DNA of 64,000 nucleotides from Candidatus Anderseniibacteriota bacterium (GTDB taxonomy: Bacteria; Patescibacteriota; Andersenbacteria; UBA10190): contig JBBDZC010000012.1 of NCBI GenBank assembly GCA_040900375.1, forward strand, positions 39,301 to 103,300. Reading direction: 5' to 3'. The first letter of the stretch is position 1. Each line of letters opens with the position of its first letter. A program made the translations under genes and the position numbers. The notes under the pieces are model-generated. The model saw nothing but the letters and a program-made list of their open reading frames with translations, did not search any database and had not been told where the DNA came from. Shown here piece after piece: positions 46,080-56,497 of this stretch.

Positions 46080-47999
46080 TCAAGATTGCTTACTAGAAGA
46101 GGGGGATTTGTCGGGGGCTTCCTCGGCTTTACCATCAACTACCCCACCCGGGTTTGGTGTCTGGGCTGTCGCCGGCTCGGGAGAGCCAGTGCTAGCTGAT
46201 TGTTGGTAGAGTTTCTCACCAATTTTCTGGGCGGCCGCGGAGAGCTCCTCGGTAGCGCGCTTGATGGCAGCAGTGTCCTCTCCTGACTGAATTGCTTTAA
46301 GTGCTTCTATTTTTTCCGTGACGGTCTTTTTTGTCGACTCGTCAATTTTATTTTCTGCCTCGCGCAGAGCTTTTTCCGTGGCGTAGATGAGTTGTTCAGC
46401 CTGGTTCTTGACCTCCACAATTTCTTTTTTACGTCGGTCCTCCTCGGCATGGGCGGCGGCTTCTTGCTGCATCCGCTGGATTTCCTCTGCCGAGATGCCC
46501 GAGCTACCTTCAATTTTAATACTTTGCTGCTTGCCACTGGCTTTATCCTTAGCTGAAACATTCAAGATGCCGTTAGCATCAATATCAAAGGTTACTTCAA
46601 TCTGGGGTGTACCCCGCGGAGCGGGCGGAATACCATCCAAGACAAATCGCCCCAAAGATTTATTATCAGCGGCCATCTCGCGTTCCCCTTGCAAGACATG
46701 GATTTCAACCTGGGGCTGACTATCAGCGGCGGTCGAAAATACTTGCGACTTTTTGGTCGGCACCGTGGTGTTCTTAGGAATGAGTGATGTGCGTACACCC
46801 CCCAGAGTTTCTAGACCGAGTGTGAGCGGCGTAACATCGAGCAGTAAAACATCTTTAACATCGCCGCCCAAGATGCCGCCCTGAATGGCGGCGCCATACG
46901 CCACCACTTCGTCAGGGTTAATGCCTTTGTGGGGATCTTTGCCAAAGTATTGCTGGACGACCTGGGTAACTTTTGGCATGCGGGTCTGGCCACCCACGAG
47001 AATAACTTCATTGATATCAGCCGGTTGCAGCTTAGCTTCGGCTAAAGCTTCTTTAGTCACGGCGAGTGCTTTCTCGATTAAATCATCAACAAGCTCTTCT
47101 AATTTGGCGCGGGTGAGTGTTAGGACTAAGTGCTTGGGGCCATGAGCGTCGGTGGTAATGAAGGGTTGGTTAATCTCGGTAGTGGTTGAACTCGACAGCT
47201 CGTGTTTAGCTTTTTCAGCCGCTTCCTTTAAGCGCTGCAGGGCCATAGTATCGCGGCTTAAATCAATGCCCTCATGGCTCTTAAATTCCTTCACGATCCA
47301 ATCAATGATGCGCTGGTCAAAGTCATCTCCCCCTAAGTGTGTATCACCATGCGTGGCGCGGACTTCGATAGTATCAGCTGCAATCTCGAGAATGGAGACA
47401 TCAAATGTTCCTCCACCTAAATCAAAGACAACGACTTTCTCTTCTTTCTTCTTATCCAGGCCGTACGCCAGGGCGGCGGCCGTGGGCTCATTGATAATGC
47501 GACGGACTTGTAAACCTGCAATTTTACCCGCATCTTTAGTCGCTTTTCGTTGCGCATCATCAAAGTATGCTGGGACGGTAATCACCGCATCAGTAATGGT
47601 GGTGCCGAGCTTGCTTTCGGCATCCGCTTTAAGCTTTTGCAGGACCATGGCGGAAATTTCTGCGGGTTGGGCCCATTTTTCACCCAACTGGATCTCTACT
47701 CCCCCATCGGATCCTTCCCGAATCTCGTAGGGTAGCAGCTCTTTGTCACGCTGGACTTCCAGATCGCTAAAACGACGGCCAATTAAGCGCTTGGCCGAGT
47801 AAATAGTATTATGGGGATTAATAATGCTCTGGCGCTTAGCGACAACACCAACCAGCCGCTCATTTGACTTACTTAAAGCTACGACTGACGGCGTGGTGCG
47901 GTTACCCTCACTATTTTCAATAATAGTTGGTTCGCCCCCTACCATGTAGGCGATAGCTGAATTAGTGGTGCCTAAGTCGATACCTAAAATAGTACTCAT
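46080..47999 (-). CDS. dnaK: Chaperone DnaK (Hsp70)
   Basis: [26 protein letters not shown] and [11 protein letters not shown] motifs. 639 aa. Confidence 0.97.
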   Translation of the reverse strand: MSTILGIDLGTTNSAIAYMVGGEPTIIENSEGNRTTPSVVALSKSNERLVGVVAKRQSIINPHNTIYSAKRLIGRRFSDLEVQRDKELLPYEIREGSDGGVEIQLGEKWAQPAEISAMVLQKLKADAESKLGTTITDAVITVPAYFDDAQRKATKDAGKIAGLQVRRIINEPTAAALAYGLDKKKEEKVVVFDLGGGTFDVSILEIAADTIEVRATHGDTHLGGDDFDQRIIDWIVKEFKSHEGIDLSRDTMALQRLKEAAEKAKHELSSSTTTEINQPFITTDAHGPKHLVLTLTRAKLEELVDDLIEKALAVTKEALAEAKLQPADINEVILVGGQTRMPKVTQVVQQYFGKDPHKGINPDEVVAYGAAIQGGILGGDVKDVLLLDVTPLTLGLETLGGVRTSLIPKNTTVPTKKSQVFSTAADSQPQVEIHVLQGEREMAADNKSLGRFVLDGIPPAPRGTPQIEVTFDIDANGILNVSAKDKASGKQQSIKIEGSSGISAEEIQRMQQEAAAHAEEDRRKKEIVEVKNQAEQLIYATEKALREAENKIDESTKKTVTEKIEALKAIQSGEDTAAIKRATEELSAAAQKIGEKLYQQSASTGSPEPATAQTPNPGGVVDGKAEEAPDKSPSSSKQS

Positions 48000-48037
48000 A
48001 TGAATGTGAAGATTAAGAAATTAAGGATAATTATAAA

Positions 48038-48499
48038 TTAAAGACTGACTTTGACCTTCGCTGGGCGGAGTACCTGATTGGCCAGCTTGTAGCCTTGTTG
48101 GACTACCTCGATCACTTGATTACTTGGTACTCCCTCCTTTTTGACCTGGGCAATCGCTTCGTGGAGCTGGGGATCAAACGACTGTCCCTGCGTTTCAATG
48201 ATTTGTAAACCAAAACTATGAAGTGTTTGCTCAAGCTGGCGCGCGACATGGAGGACACCTTGCACCCAGGCATCGTCCTGGAGATGAGACGGCACGTGGG
48301 AAGTGACTGCTTGGAAATTATCAGCAATTGCGAGCAGCGGTTCTAAAGTGCGGCGTTGTAATTGGAGCATCTGTATCGCCTGGTTCTCTCGCAGCGACTT
48401 ACGGAAATTGAGCAACTCTGCTCGGGAGCGCTGCCAGCCTTCTAAATATTCTTGTTCACGGGGGGAACCTATAGTATGAGCTTGACGGGCATGAATCAT
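48038..48499 (-). CDS. grpE: Nucleotide exchange factor GrpE
   Basis: C-terminal GrpE domain pattern (...FDPQLHEAI...VIEVVQQGYKL...). Confidence 0.85.
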   Translation of the reverse strand: MIHARQAHTIGSPREQEYLEGWQRSRAELLNFRKSLRENQAIQMLQLQRRTLEPLLAIADNFQAVTSHVPSHLQDDAWVQGVLHVARQLEQTLHSFGLQIIETQGQSFDPQLHEAIAQVKKEGVPSNQVIEVVQQGYKLANQVLRPAKVKVSL

Positions 48500-49209
48500 A
48501 GAGATTGTTGTTTAATGATTGTGGCAAGGGCCTGAACGAGAGACAAGGTACGGTGGTAGTGCATCCGCTTTGGCCCAACCACAACAAGTACCATCTGGGG
48601 AACAAGCGGCGAGGTAATAGTTTGCACCACCAGGCTAATATGCTCGGCCGAAAAAAAAGGATTTTCTTTGCCAATGAAAACTGTTGTTTCGCTCGCTAGG
48701 TGGGCTAGTTGGGCGACATAGTCATCAATCCCCTCGAGCACGGCCGACATTTCTCGCACGGCGGCAAGGTGATCTCCTTCAGGCTGGTTTAAGACTTCAT
48801 GGAGACCAGCTTCTTGCAATTCTCCGGTTGAAACCACTCCGCTGACAACCATGGCATGAGAGCGACGAGACAGCAGTTTAGAGATTGTGCGGGCTAAGTG
48901 GCGATACTCCTCCTGCATGCGCTGAAGCTCCTGTCGGAGGGTGTGCCGCTGCCCGGCAGTGAGTTCGCGGAGGCGTACATGATCAACATAGTAGCGATAT
49001 CCCTGGTCAGTGGGTACGCGGCCGGCCGATGTATGCGGCTGAACCAGGTATCCCGCTGCTTCCAACTCGCGCAGAATTGCGCGAATCGTCGCCGGACTTA
49101 ATGCCAGGTTAAAGCGATGCTGTAAGGCAGTACTGCCCACGGGGCGGGCCGTGCGAATGTACTCTCGCACCACTCCCCCCAGTATATAAGCTTCTCGGGG
49201 CTCCATCAT
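48496..49209 (-). CDS. hrcA: Heat-inducible transcription repressor HrcA
   Basis: N-terminal winged helix (AYILGGVVREYIRTARPVGSTAL...LRELEAAGYL). First gene of the dnaK operon. Perfect CIRCE operator immediately upstream. Confidence 0.85.
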   Translation of the reverse strand: MMEPREAYILGGVVREYIRTARPVGSTALQHRFNLALSPATIRAILRELEAAGYLVQPHTSAGRVPTDQGYRYYVDHVRLRELTAGQRHTLRQELQRMQEEYRHLARTISKLLSRRSHAMVVSGVVSTGELQEAGLHEVLNQPEGDHLAAVREMSAVLEGIDDYVAQLAHLASETTVFIGKENPFFSAEHISLVVQTITSPLVPQMVLVVVGPKRMHYHRTLSLVQALATIIKQQSL

Positions 49210-49227
49210 AGCATCATAGAGTGATAA

Positions 49228-49254
49228 TTAGCACTCAAGACGTTTGAGTGCTAA
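49228..49254. promoter_or_regulatory. CIRCE operator (TTAGCACTC-N9-GAGTGCTAA)
   Basis: Exact match to the CIRCE consensus, 19 nt upstream of the hrcA start codon. Confidence 0.9.
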
Positions 49255-49303
49255 CTCCATACTACGTTGTGCGGACAAGATGTCAAGGATTCCTGGGCGG
49301 GCT

Positions 49304-50473
49304 TTAAGTACGAATCGGGGTGGTCACTATCAATATGTTTGCTGGATTTTCTGGGTCGATCAGCAGCGCAGTCACACCGTGATTTGGCAGGTTGAGAGAA
49401 AAAGTCTGCCACGTTTTGCCGCCATCTTCCGAACGGAAAACAACACTATTAATCGCAACAAGCATCCGGGTGAAATTAGTAGGACTGACTGCGACCGCAG
49501 TTGTATTAAACGACTGGAATTGATCAAGGGGCAGGGCTAATTGCTCCCAGCTCTCACCATTATCGCGGCTGATGACCGCGCCATCATCAACCCCCACCAT
49601 GAGTGCCTGGGGAAAATCTTGCACAAAGGTTACATCAAATACTCGCTTACGATTAGTAAAACTCAAAGCGCCAGGGTTTTTGAGGTCGCGGGGAATCAAC
49701 AACTCTTCTTGAGTGGTGGGTGTCACTCGTAGTAAGGTGTGGGTGGAAGTAAGGAGGAGTAACTCACCGGCTCGATGCGGCGAAGGAATAATATTGCGAA
49801 TACTTAAGCCCTGGCGGTTGCCACCGACTAAGGTGCTCGCTTGCAAGGTATATTCTGTCCGCCACGTCTTGCCTGACTGTTCGCCTACAAAGATACTCCC
49901 CAAGCTACTGCCAGCATAGATACGGTCCGCGTTAAAAGGATCGAGTTCGATAGAAATAACTCGAGGATCAGGGGCCTCTGGCGCTCGAATGATTTGCCAT
50001 TGGCGCGTATCGAGCGGCAACGGGATAGCGAGCGCGACGTCCCAGCTATGGCCGTCGTCAATGGTGCGGATGACAAATCCTTGACCCTCCCCGGTGGTGC
50101 CTGCAGTAATGATAACGCCGTTGGCTAGCGCGACCACGTCACTGACAAAAGTTAAGGGAGTGGTCAGACGCACCCAACTGCCTCCCCCATCATCAGACCG
50201 AATAATGCCCTGTGCCCCGGCCGCGATGTAGATTGTTTGCGGACTATGGGGCGGGCGGTGAGCACGCTGGAGGCTAAATGAAGCAATATTAGTTGTTCGT
50301 TCATCGTCACGTAAGGTCACAGTTTGCTCAAATAAGGCCCCGGCACTCTGCGAGTAGTAGGTACCACCCGGCGGTGCCGCCGCCGGACGGGGGGTGCACC
50401 CGGCAATCTGGGCGACACTAATGACGAGCAGCGGCAGAACAACCACGCGCAGCGGGAGCGAAGATGAGGACAT
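49304..50473 (-). CDS. Lipoprotein with BNR/Asp-box repeats (Ycf48/sialidase-like beta-propeller)
   Basis: Lipobox-like LLVISVAQIAGC. Repeated S-x-D-x-G-x-[ST]-W motifs (SDDGGGSW, DDGHSW, SRDNGESW, SEDGGKTW). Confidence 0.6.
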   Translation of the reverse strand: MSSSSLPLRVVVLPLLVISVAQIAGCTPRPAAAPPGGTYYSQSAGALFEQTVTLRDDERTTNIASFSLQRAHRPPHSPQTIYIAAGAQGIIRSDDGGGSWVRLTTPLTFVSDVVALANGVIITAGTTGEGQGFVIRTIDDGHSWDVALAIPLPLDTRQWQIIRAPEAPDPRVISIELDPFNADRIYAGSSLGSIFVGEQSGKTWRTEYTLQASTLVGGNRQGLSIRNIIPSPHRAGELLLLTSTHTLLRVTPTTQEELLIPRDLKNPGALSFTNRKRVFDVTFVQDFPQALMVGVDDGAVISRDNGESWEQLALPLDQFQSFNTTAVAVSPTNFTRMLVAINSVVFRSEDGGKTWQTFSLNLPNHGVTALLIDPENPANILIVTTPIRT

Positions 50474-50499
50474 AAAAATCTGTTATACTTGAATCCTAC

Positions 50500-51405
50500 A
50501 TGCAATCCTCTCTCACTTCAAAGAATGTGGCGTGGACAAATATTACTGCGCCTGCCGCGGAAGAACTGGCTGCCCTCGTTCGGGAAACAATCTTGTTGCC
50601 GCTGGACGCCGAATTCATCGCCTATGAAAACCCCCGGCCGGAAATTACGGTTCGAGCACCCTATCTGTTAATTTTGATCCAAGTACCGGTCTTTGATAAG
50701 CAGCTACGCGTGACCACCGGTGCCTCTCTCTATTTTATTATCAAGGAGAATCATTTGTGGACGTTGCAGTATGATAGTATCGCTAATCTAGAGAAACTAC
50801 GGCAAGATTTTGAAACTAATTTGGAGAAACAAGAGGAGTACTTTAATGACGGGGCTCTTGGTCTTGCTATATATCTCATTAATCAAATGGTGAACAGCGC
50901 CTTTCGCAAGCTGGACCGAGTCCATAAGCACATTAATATTGCCGAAGATGCAGTCTTTCAGGGCAATGAACGTAAAATGGTAGAAGAAGTTGCCATTCTT
51001 GCCCGTGACGTTATGGACTTCCGCAAAATTATTCGCCCCCACAAAAATTTGTTTGCGCAAGTCCCCTCCCACAGCCTCATCACCCCCGCGGTGGTGGGGC
51101 CGTGGCTGCGCCTACATAATCAAGTTAATAAACTCTGGGAAATGCTCGAAAGTTTGTCGGAAAGCACAAGAGATCTAGGTCGAACAAACTCAAATCTTTT
51201 GCAGTACAAAGAAGGACAACTACTGCAAATGCTTACGTACTACTCTATTATCTCTATTCCCGTTTTTATCTTACTGACACCATTTAACCCCCGCCAGGAG
51301 CAGGCTACTATAGTTGATATCACGATCTACTGGGGAGTTTTAAGCCTGCTCGTAGTGGTCCTAATACTCATTTTTTTGCGCTTTAAAGGAAAACGAGTGC
51401 TATGA
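50500..51405 (+). CDS. CorA-like divalent-cation transporter superfamily protein with non-canonical pore motif
   Basis: Cytoplasmic N-domain plus two C-terminal TM helices in a CorA-like arrangement. The first-TM motif reads PFNP rather than GMN. Confidence 0.45.
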   Translation: MQSSLTSKNVAWTNITAPAAEELAALVRETILLPLDAEFIAYENPRPEITVRAPYLLILIQVPVFDKQLRVTTGASLYFIIKENHLWTLQYDSIANLEKLRQDFETNLEKQEEYFNDGALGLAIYLINQMVNSAFRKLDRVHKHINIAEDAVFQGNERKMVEEVAILARDVMDFRKIIRPHKNLFAQVPSHSLITPAVVGPWLRLHNQVNKLWEMLESLSESTRDLGRTNSNLLQYKEGQLLQMLTYYSIISIPVFILLTPFNPRQEQATIVDITIYWGVLSLLVVVLILIFLRFKGKRVL

Positions 51406-51439
51406 AAAAAGCGCCCGTGAACGAGCGCCAAGAAATAAC

Positions 51440-52153
51440 TCACATGACCAGGATGTCATCGTGGGGCCAGAAAAGCTCGCAAATATTGAGAGCTGCTGCT
51501 GTCGCCTCTTGCCAAGCCTGGCGGTAGAGGCTCTCGAGCTGGACAGAGGACATATCTTGCACATCTTCCCGACTCGTGGGAAGGATAATGAGCCGGCGAT
51601 GAGGTGTTCCCGGCGGCACATGCGTCAGCGGGTTGAAGTAGAGAATAGTAAAGACTTCAGCCGCCGTCTCGACAATGCGTTGGCATTCCAGTAAACTGTC
51701 GTCCACGTGTAGATTAATGCCGTGCTGCTCCACCACGCGATGCTTAGTCCCATTAGCGGAAAACCAGCCTTCAGTGATCCGACCATTATAGTACTGGTGC
51801 AGCTCTCGCATTGTCCGCATCCGCGTCTGCTCGCTGCGGGCAGTGAGGATTGGTATACGAGCCAGGGGCGCCAAAGTTTCCACGGCTTCTTGAGAACCAG
51901 GGATGACAGTGGCTGGAGGGCAAAGATCAGAACAAAGAAACTCCGCATAGAGAAGACCTAATTCTTCAGTCGGTCTCCCACCCGTGGCAGTATTCCACGA
52001 ATGAGTTTTGCGAAATAATTCCTGATCAAAGGGACAACCCATGTGTGGCAAGGCCATTTTAAAGGCTTGACCGATGCCGTCCAGGAGAGTGTCATCGGCG
52101 TCGAGCGAGATTATTCTGGCACCTGCCATCGGTGGTCGCTCCTTAATTAGCAA
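51440..52153 (-). CDS. HAD-superfamily hydrolase
   Basis: Motif I IISLDADDTLLDG (DxDxT) close to the N-terminus. Confidence 0.55.
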   Translation of the reverse strand: MLIKERPPMAGARIISLDADDTLLDGIGQAFKMALPHMGCPFDQELFRKTHSWNTATGGRPTEELGLLYAEFLCSDLCPPATVIPGSQEAVETLAPLARIPILTARSEQTRMRTMRELHQYYNGRITEGWFSANGTKHRVVEQHGINLHVDDSLLECQRIVETAAEVFTILYFNPLTHVPPGTPHRRLIILPTSREDVQDMSSVQLESLYRQAWQEATAAALNICELFWPHDDILVM

Positions 52154-52211
52154 GAGAGGTAAATTGTAAGGTACGTTGCTCTACCGATATAGTATACACT
52201 GATACAACGTC

Positions 52212-53645
52212 ATGCCCGACCTACTTTTCTACAACTCATTTACTAAGCAGGTGGAGCCTCTCCGTCCCCAAGAGCCTGGTAAAGTTCGTCTCTACCACTG
52301 CGGGCCAACGGTGTACAAGCGACAACATATCGGCAACATGCGTCGTTTTTTGTTCGCTGACTACCTGCGCCGCACGCTGGAATTCTTTGGTTACGAGGTT
52401 CGAGAAATTACTAATATTACTGACGTCGGCCATCTTACTCAAGACGAAATTGATGCGGGTGAAGATAAAATGGAGCGGGCCGCGAAAGAGGCAAAGGTCA
52501 CACCCCAAGTTATTGCCGACAAGCAAATAGCGGCTTTTATAGCTGATGTGCAGGCGTTAAATATTCAACTCTCTCATAAGTATCCGCGCGCGACCCAGCA
52601 TATTCCCCAGATGCAGCAGCTCATTACCCAGTTACTGGAAAAGCAATATGCTTACCAAACGACCACGGGCATCTATTTTGATGTGCAATCTTTCCCCGCC
52701 TATGGAAAATTGTCTGGCAATACCCTAGAGAACATTGCGGCTGGCAAACGAGTGGCTATCCGCGAAGAAAAGAAACACCCGGCTGACTTTGCGCTATGGA
52801 TATTTGATAAGCAGAGCCTCCAGCGCTGGGATTCACCGTGGGGCGAGGGTTTCCCCGGCTGGCACATCGAGTGTTCCGCTATGAGTCTGGAATATTTGGG
52901 GTCGGGTATTGATATCCATACCGGAGGCGAAGATAATCGTTTTCCCCACCATGAGAATGAAATTGCCCAGTCCGAGGCTGCCACGGGTGAGAGTTTTGTG
53001 CGTCTCTGGATGCATAATCGGCACCTGCACCTTTCTGGCCAGAAACTGGCAAAGCGAGCCGGAGAACAGATTACGCTCGATACAATTAAGGAAAAAGGCT
53101 TTACCGCGTTAGCGTTTCGCTTACTGGTTTTCAGTGTTCACTACCGTACCCCCATGGATTTTTCCTGGGAGGCTTTGGCGGCCGCGGAAGAGCACGTGCG
53201 CTCTCTTCGGGGAACACTACGGCGGCTTCTCAATCTTGATCTGGTTGCTAATCAAGCTGATGCAACTGTCGACCGAGAAGTTACGCAAGCTTTTGGCAAA
53301 GCACTCGCTGATGATTTAAATACTCCACAAGCCTGGACGGTTTTTTTACAGTACGTGCGAACGATTAATACCGCCCTTGAAACCACAACACTCACCACTG
53401 CGGCTGCCAAGCAGTATTTGACAACCCTCTTCCATCTTGACCACGTTCTGGGGGTTCTCCAGCCCCTACGCTACGAACTGGAAGCCGAACATATCCCGGC
53501 CGAGATTACTGATTTAGCCAAGCAGCGCGAACGGGCCCGCCAAGGAAACCAATTTGTCGAGGCTGACCGCCTACGAACCATTCTTGAGAGTAAAGGCTAT
53601 TATATAGAAGATACGCCGAGTGGGCCGAGAATTATGCCAAAGTAG
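52212..53645 (+). CDS. cysS: Cysteinyl-tRNA synthetase
   Basis: YHCGPTVYKRQHIGN (HIGH region with Zn-binding Cys), WHIECSAM, FPHHENEIAQSEA. The KMSKS position reads KLAKR. Confidence 0.9.
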   Translation: MPDLLFYNSFTKQVEPLRPQEPGKVRLYHCGPTVYKRQHIGNMRRFLFADYLRRTLEFFGYEVREITNITDVGHLTQDEIDAGEDKMERAAKEAKVTPQVIADKQIAAFIADVQALNIQLSHKYPRATQHIPQMQQLITQLLEKQYAYQTTTGIYFDVQSFPAYGKLSGNTLENIAAGKRVAIREEKKHPADFALWIFDKQSLQRWDSPWGEGFPGWHIECSAMSLEYLGSGIDIHTGGEDNRFPHHENEIAQSEAATGESFVRLWMHNRHLHLSGQKLAKRAGEQITLDTIKEKGFTALAFRLLVFSVHYRTPMDFSWEALAAAEEHVRSLRGTLRRLLNLDLVANQADATVDREVTQAFGKALADDLNTPQAWTVFLQYVRTINTALETTTLTTAAAKQYLTTLFHLDHVLGVLQPLRYELEAEHIPAEITDLAKQRERARQGNQFVEADRLRTILESKGYYIEDTPSGPRIMPK

Positions 53646-53675
53646 TCGCCAGGATCTTTTGCACTGTTTTTCCAC

Positions 53676-55154
53676 GTGCACCCGCGAGGCGGGCGCGTTA
53701 TGCTATCTTATGTGAAGACACGAGGTCGTATGCTAGATCAACGTCATGACAAACCGCGCCGCTCCACGGCGGCGGGGACGGGCTCACGCGTGCCGCCGCA
53801 GAACCAAGAGGCTGAAGAATCAGTCCTGGGCAGTCTGCTGATTGATAAAAACGCTATGGTTGCCGTAGCGGATTTTTTGAACGCGGAAGATTTCTATAGC
53901 GACAAGCACGGCATCATCTACCAGAGTATGGTAGAACTCTACGAAAAGAGCGAGCCGATTGATATCCTATCGGTAATGAACCGCCTGAAAGAGAAAAAAC
54001 AGCTGACGTTGATCGGCGGCGAGAATTTAGTTACCCACCTGGCCACAGTTGTACCCACTGCCGGGAATGTCTCTCACTATTCTCGGATCGTCCAAAAAAA
54101 TTCAACGCTGCGCCGGCTAATCTCCGCCGCCGCTGATATTACAGAGCTCGGTTTTGCTGAAGCAGAAGAAATCGATGTGGTTCTTGATAAAGCCGAGCAG
54201 GCACTATTTGCTGTCTCCCAAGACCATAAGCAGAGTAATTTTATTAAGCTCTCGGAAGCGCTCGAAGATGCCTTTGTGCGTATTGATAAGCTCCATAAGG
54301 GCGATAAGGATTTGCGGGGGGTAACGACTGGTTTTGGTAGTCTGGATAAGAAACTGGCGGGCTGGCAAAACTCTGATCTTATTATCCTGGCCGCCCGTCC
54401 GTCAGTCGGTAAGACAACTTTAGCGCTCGACTTTGCCCGCCATGCAGCCTTGAAGGGGGTGCCAGTCGGGGTGTTTAGCCTGGAAATGTCGAAAGAGCAA
54501 TTAGTTGATCGCATGCTCGCCGCCCAAGCCCATGTTGATCTGTGGCGACTGCGCACGGGCAATTTAGAGACCGGCGGTGAATTTGATGATTTTTCTCGGA
54601 TTGGCGAAGCTATGGGCGAACTGTCAGAAGCGCCGATTTACATTGATGACCATGCCTCTACCGGGGTGATGGGCATGCGCACGATGGCCCGGCGTTTGCA
54701 GGCAGAACACGGCTTAGGCTTGTTGATTATTGATTATCTGCAGCTGATGGAGTCGAGCCGTTATGTTGATAATCGCGTGCAAGAAGTTTCTGATATTTCG
54801 CGCAGCCTGAAGCGCTTAGCGATTGAGCTTAACGTGCCGATTATTGCTTTATCCCAGCTATCCCGAGCAGTGGAAATGCGTACGGATCAGCGCCCTAAGC
54901 TCTCCGATCTCCGTGAATCAGGCAGTATTGAACAAGATGCTGATGTTGTCCTCTTCATCCACCGTCAGCCTTTGGCGGAAGGCGTTGAGCGGCCGGATAC
55001 GCTTGATATTTCTCTGCTCATTGAAAAACATCGTAATGGCCCCACGGGAGAGATACCGATGCGCTTCCATAGCCGCTATGTTTCCTGTACCGAACCAGAA
55101 GATGCTTACGAAGAAATTTCACTGGCCTCTCCCGCGCGCGTTGCTCTTTCTTAA
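53676..55154 (+). CDS. dnaB: Replicative DNA helicase DnaB
   Basis: N-terminal PPQNQEAEESVLGSLLID and a RecA-like domain with Walker A AARPSVGKTTLAL. Confidence 0.9.
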   Translation: MHPRGGRVMLSYVKTRGRMLDQRHDKPRRSTAAGTGSRVPPQNQEAEESVLGSLLIDKNAMVAVADFLNAEDFYSDKHGIIYQSMVELYEKSEPIDILSVMNRLKEKKQLTLIGGENLVTHLATVVPTAGNVSHYSRIVQKNSTLRRLISAAADITELGFAEAEEIDVVLDKAEQALFAVSQDHKQSNFIKLSEALEDAFVRIDKLHKGDKDLRGVTTGFGSLDKKLAGWQNSDLIILAARPSVGKTTLALDFARHAALKGVPVGVFSLEMSKEQLVDRMLAAQAHVDLWRLRTGNLETGGEFDDFSRIGEAMGELSEAPIYIDDHASTGVMGMRTMARRLQAEHGLGLLIIDYLQLMESSRYVDNRVQEVSDISRSLKRLAIELNVPIIALSQLSRAVEMRTDQRPKLSDLRESGSIEQDADVVLFIHRQPLAEGVERPDTLDISLLIEKHRNGPTGEIPMRFHSRYVSCTEPEDAYEEISLASPARVALS

Positions 55155-55365
55155 AACAGAGAGCTACCTCCTGCCAAAGTTGTCTTCCTTAGGGTACCTA
55201 CCCTGCGGTAGTATGGAATCTATATGCCCAGTAGAATCACCTCGATCACCCGCTCGTAATTTCAGCTCTATGGATACACCAACGAGCAGTCTTGTTCCTA
55301 CGCCGCTGCTCTTCCTTACTGCCGTCCCGTCAGAACGGGACTTAATCTAGATAGTTCTACTGGGT

Positions 55366-55959
55366 ATGCTTCCCAAAGCTGTTCGAGATTTAACCCAAGA
55401 GCTTACGCGCCTGCCAGGAATTGGGCCAAAGACGGCGCAGCGCTTAAGTATTTACCTATTGCGCCAGCCCCGCGCTGTGGTGGCCCGCTTTGCGGATACG
55501 TTAAAAAATCTCCACGCTAATGTACGAATCTGCAGCCAGTGCTACAACTTAGCCGAAGATACAATTTGTATTGTGTGCCAAGACCAAATGCGTAGTCCTA
55601 AACTCCTCTGTGTGGTCGAAGATGCTCTCGATGTTGAGGCAATTGAGCGTACCAACTCGTACGAGGGACGATACCATGTTTTAGGTGGGGTTCTTTCCCC
55701 GCTTGAAGGAATTGGGGTCGAGCAATTGACGCTCCGAGAGCTTTTTTCCCGGGTAGACCACGAGCAGATTGAGGAACTTATTATTGCCCTCGATCATACG
55801 ATGGAAAGCGAGGCTACCACCCGTCATATCATTAACCACCTGCGCGGCATGCCTATTAAAATCACGCGCTTGGCGCGTGGTTTACCTACTGGGGGTGATA
55901 TTGAGTTTGCTGATACCCTCACATTGACTGCCGCGCTAAGCGGTCGTAAAAAACTCTAA
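55366..55959 (+). CDS. recR: Recombination protein RecR
   Basis: HhH LPGIGPKTAQRL, C4 zinc finger CSQC...CIVC, and a Toprim domain. Confidence 0.9.
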   Translation: MLPKAVRDLTQELTRLPGIGPKTAQRLSIYLLRQPRAVVARFADTLKNLHANVRICSQCYNLAEDTICIVCQDQMRSPKLLCVVEDALDVEAIERTNSYEGRYHVLGGVLSPLEGIGVEQLTLRELFSRVDHEQIEELIIALDHTMESEATTRHIINHLRGMPIKITRLARGLPTGGDIEFADTLTLTAALSGRKKL

Positions 55960-56277
55960 TTACTTGGCCGAGATTTTTGTAATCTCTACTTCCGTGAAGT
56001 GCTGCTTGTGGCCAAAGTACTTCTTGTAACGCTTTTTGGCTTTCATTTTCACGCCCGTCACTTTCGGGCGACGGCCATGAAGGATGACGGTGCCTTCTAC
56101 TTTTGCTCCCTTAACTGTCGGCTTGCCGAGGGCCACGCTTTTTTCCGTGGCGACAAGTAAAACTTCGTTAAAGGTAACCTTTTTCCCAGCCGCCGTCGGC
56201 AATTTTTCAACTTTGATTCTGGTACCATCAGTCACCACGTACTGCTTGCTGCCGGTTTTAATCACTGCATGCGCCAT
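55960..56277 (-). CDS. rplU: 50S ribosomal protein L21 (the ORF extends to 56346; start at MAHAVIKTG)
   Basis: MAHAVIKTGSKQYVVTDGTRIKVEKL is the canonical L21 N-terminus. Confidence 0.85.
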   Translation of the reverse strand: MAHAVIKTGSKQYVVTDGTRIKVEKLPTAAGKKVTFNEVLLVATEKSVALGKPTVKGAKVEGTVILHGRRPKVTGVKMKAKKRYKKYFGHKQHFTEVEITKISAK

Positions 56278-56284
56278 AGTAGAG

Positions 56285-56497
56285 ATAATTAACTTATGCC
56301 CCATCATGGGGGGAAAGCATCTTTTTGTCAACCCATTCGACTCCACGGTCTAAAGGCCGTGGCTTGCTTAAGGGTTGACTCTAAAGCCGCGCGTATCTCC
56401 ACCCTGAAGGGTGGAGCTTGCGCGAGTCGAAGAGTCAATCTTTGATAAGCTCCCCTCGACTCTTAAAGATCGGGGTCGAATGGGTCAAGGGGAAAAC
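56285..56497 (-). promoter_or_regulatory. Highly structured 5' leader of rplU (nested long hairpins); possible ribosomal-protein leader / terminator of the upstream gene
   Basis: CCACGG-n8-CCGTGG, a long imperfect hairpin TTGACTCT...CTCCACCC-tgaa-GGGTGGAG...AGAGTCAA, and CCCCTCGA...GGGGTCGA. Confidence 0.35.

Noticed and set aside
46307-47730. Multiple 60-190-aa ORFs on both strands inside dnaK (for example 46387..46719, 47152..47730)
   Set aside because: All lie within the highly conserved DnaK reading frame. They are typical antisense/alternate-frame ORFs of a GC-rich, codon-biased gene.
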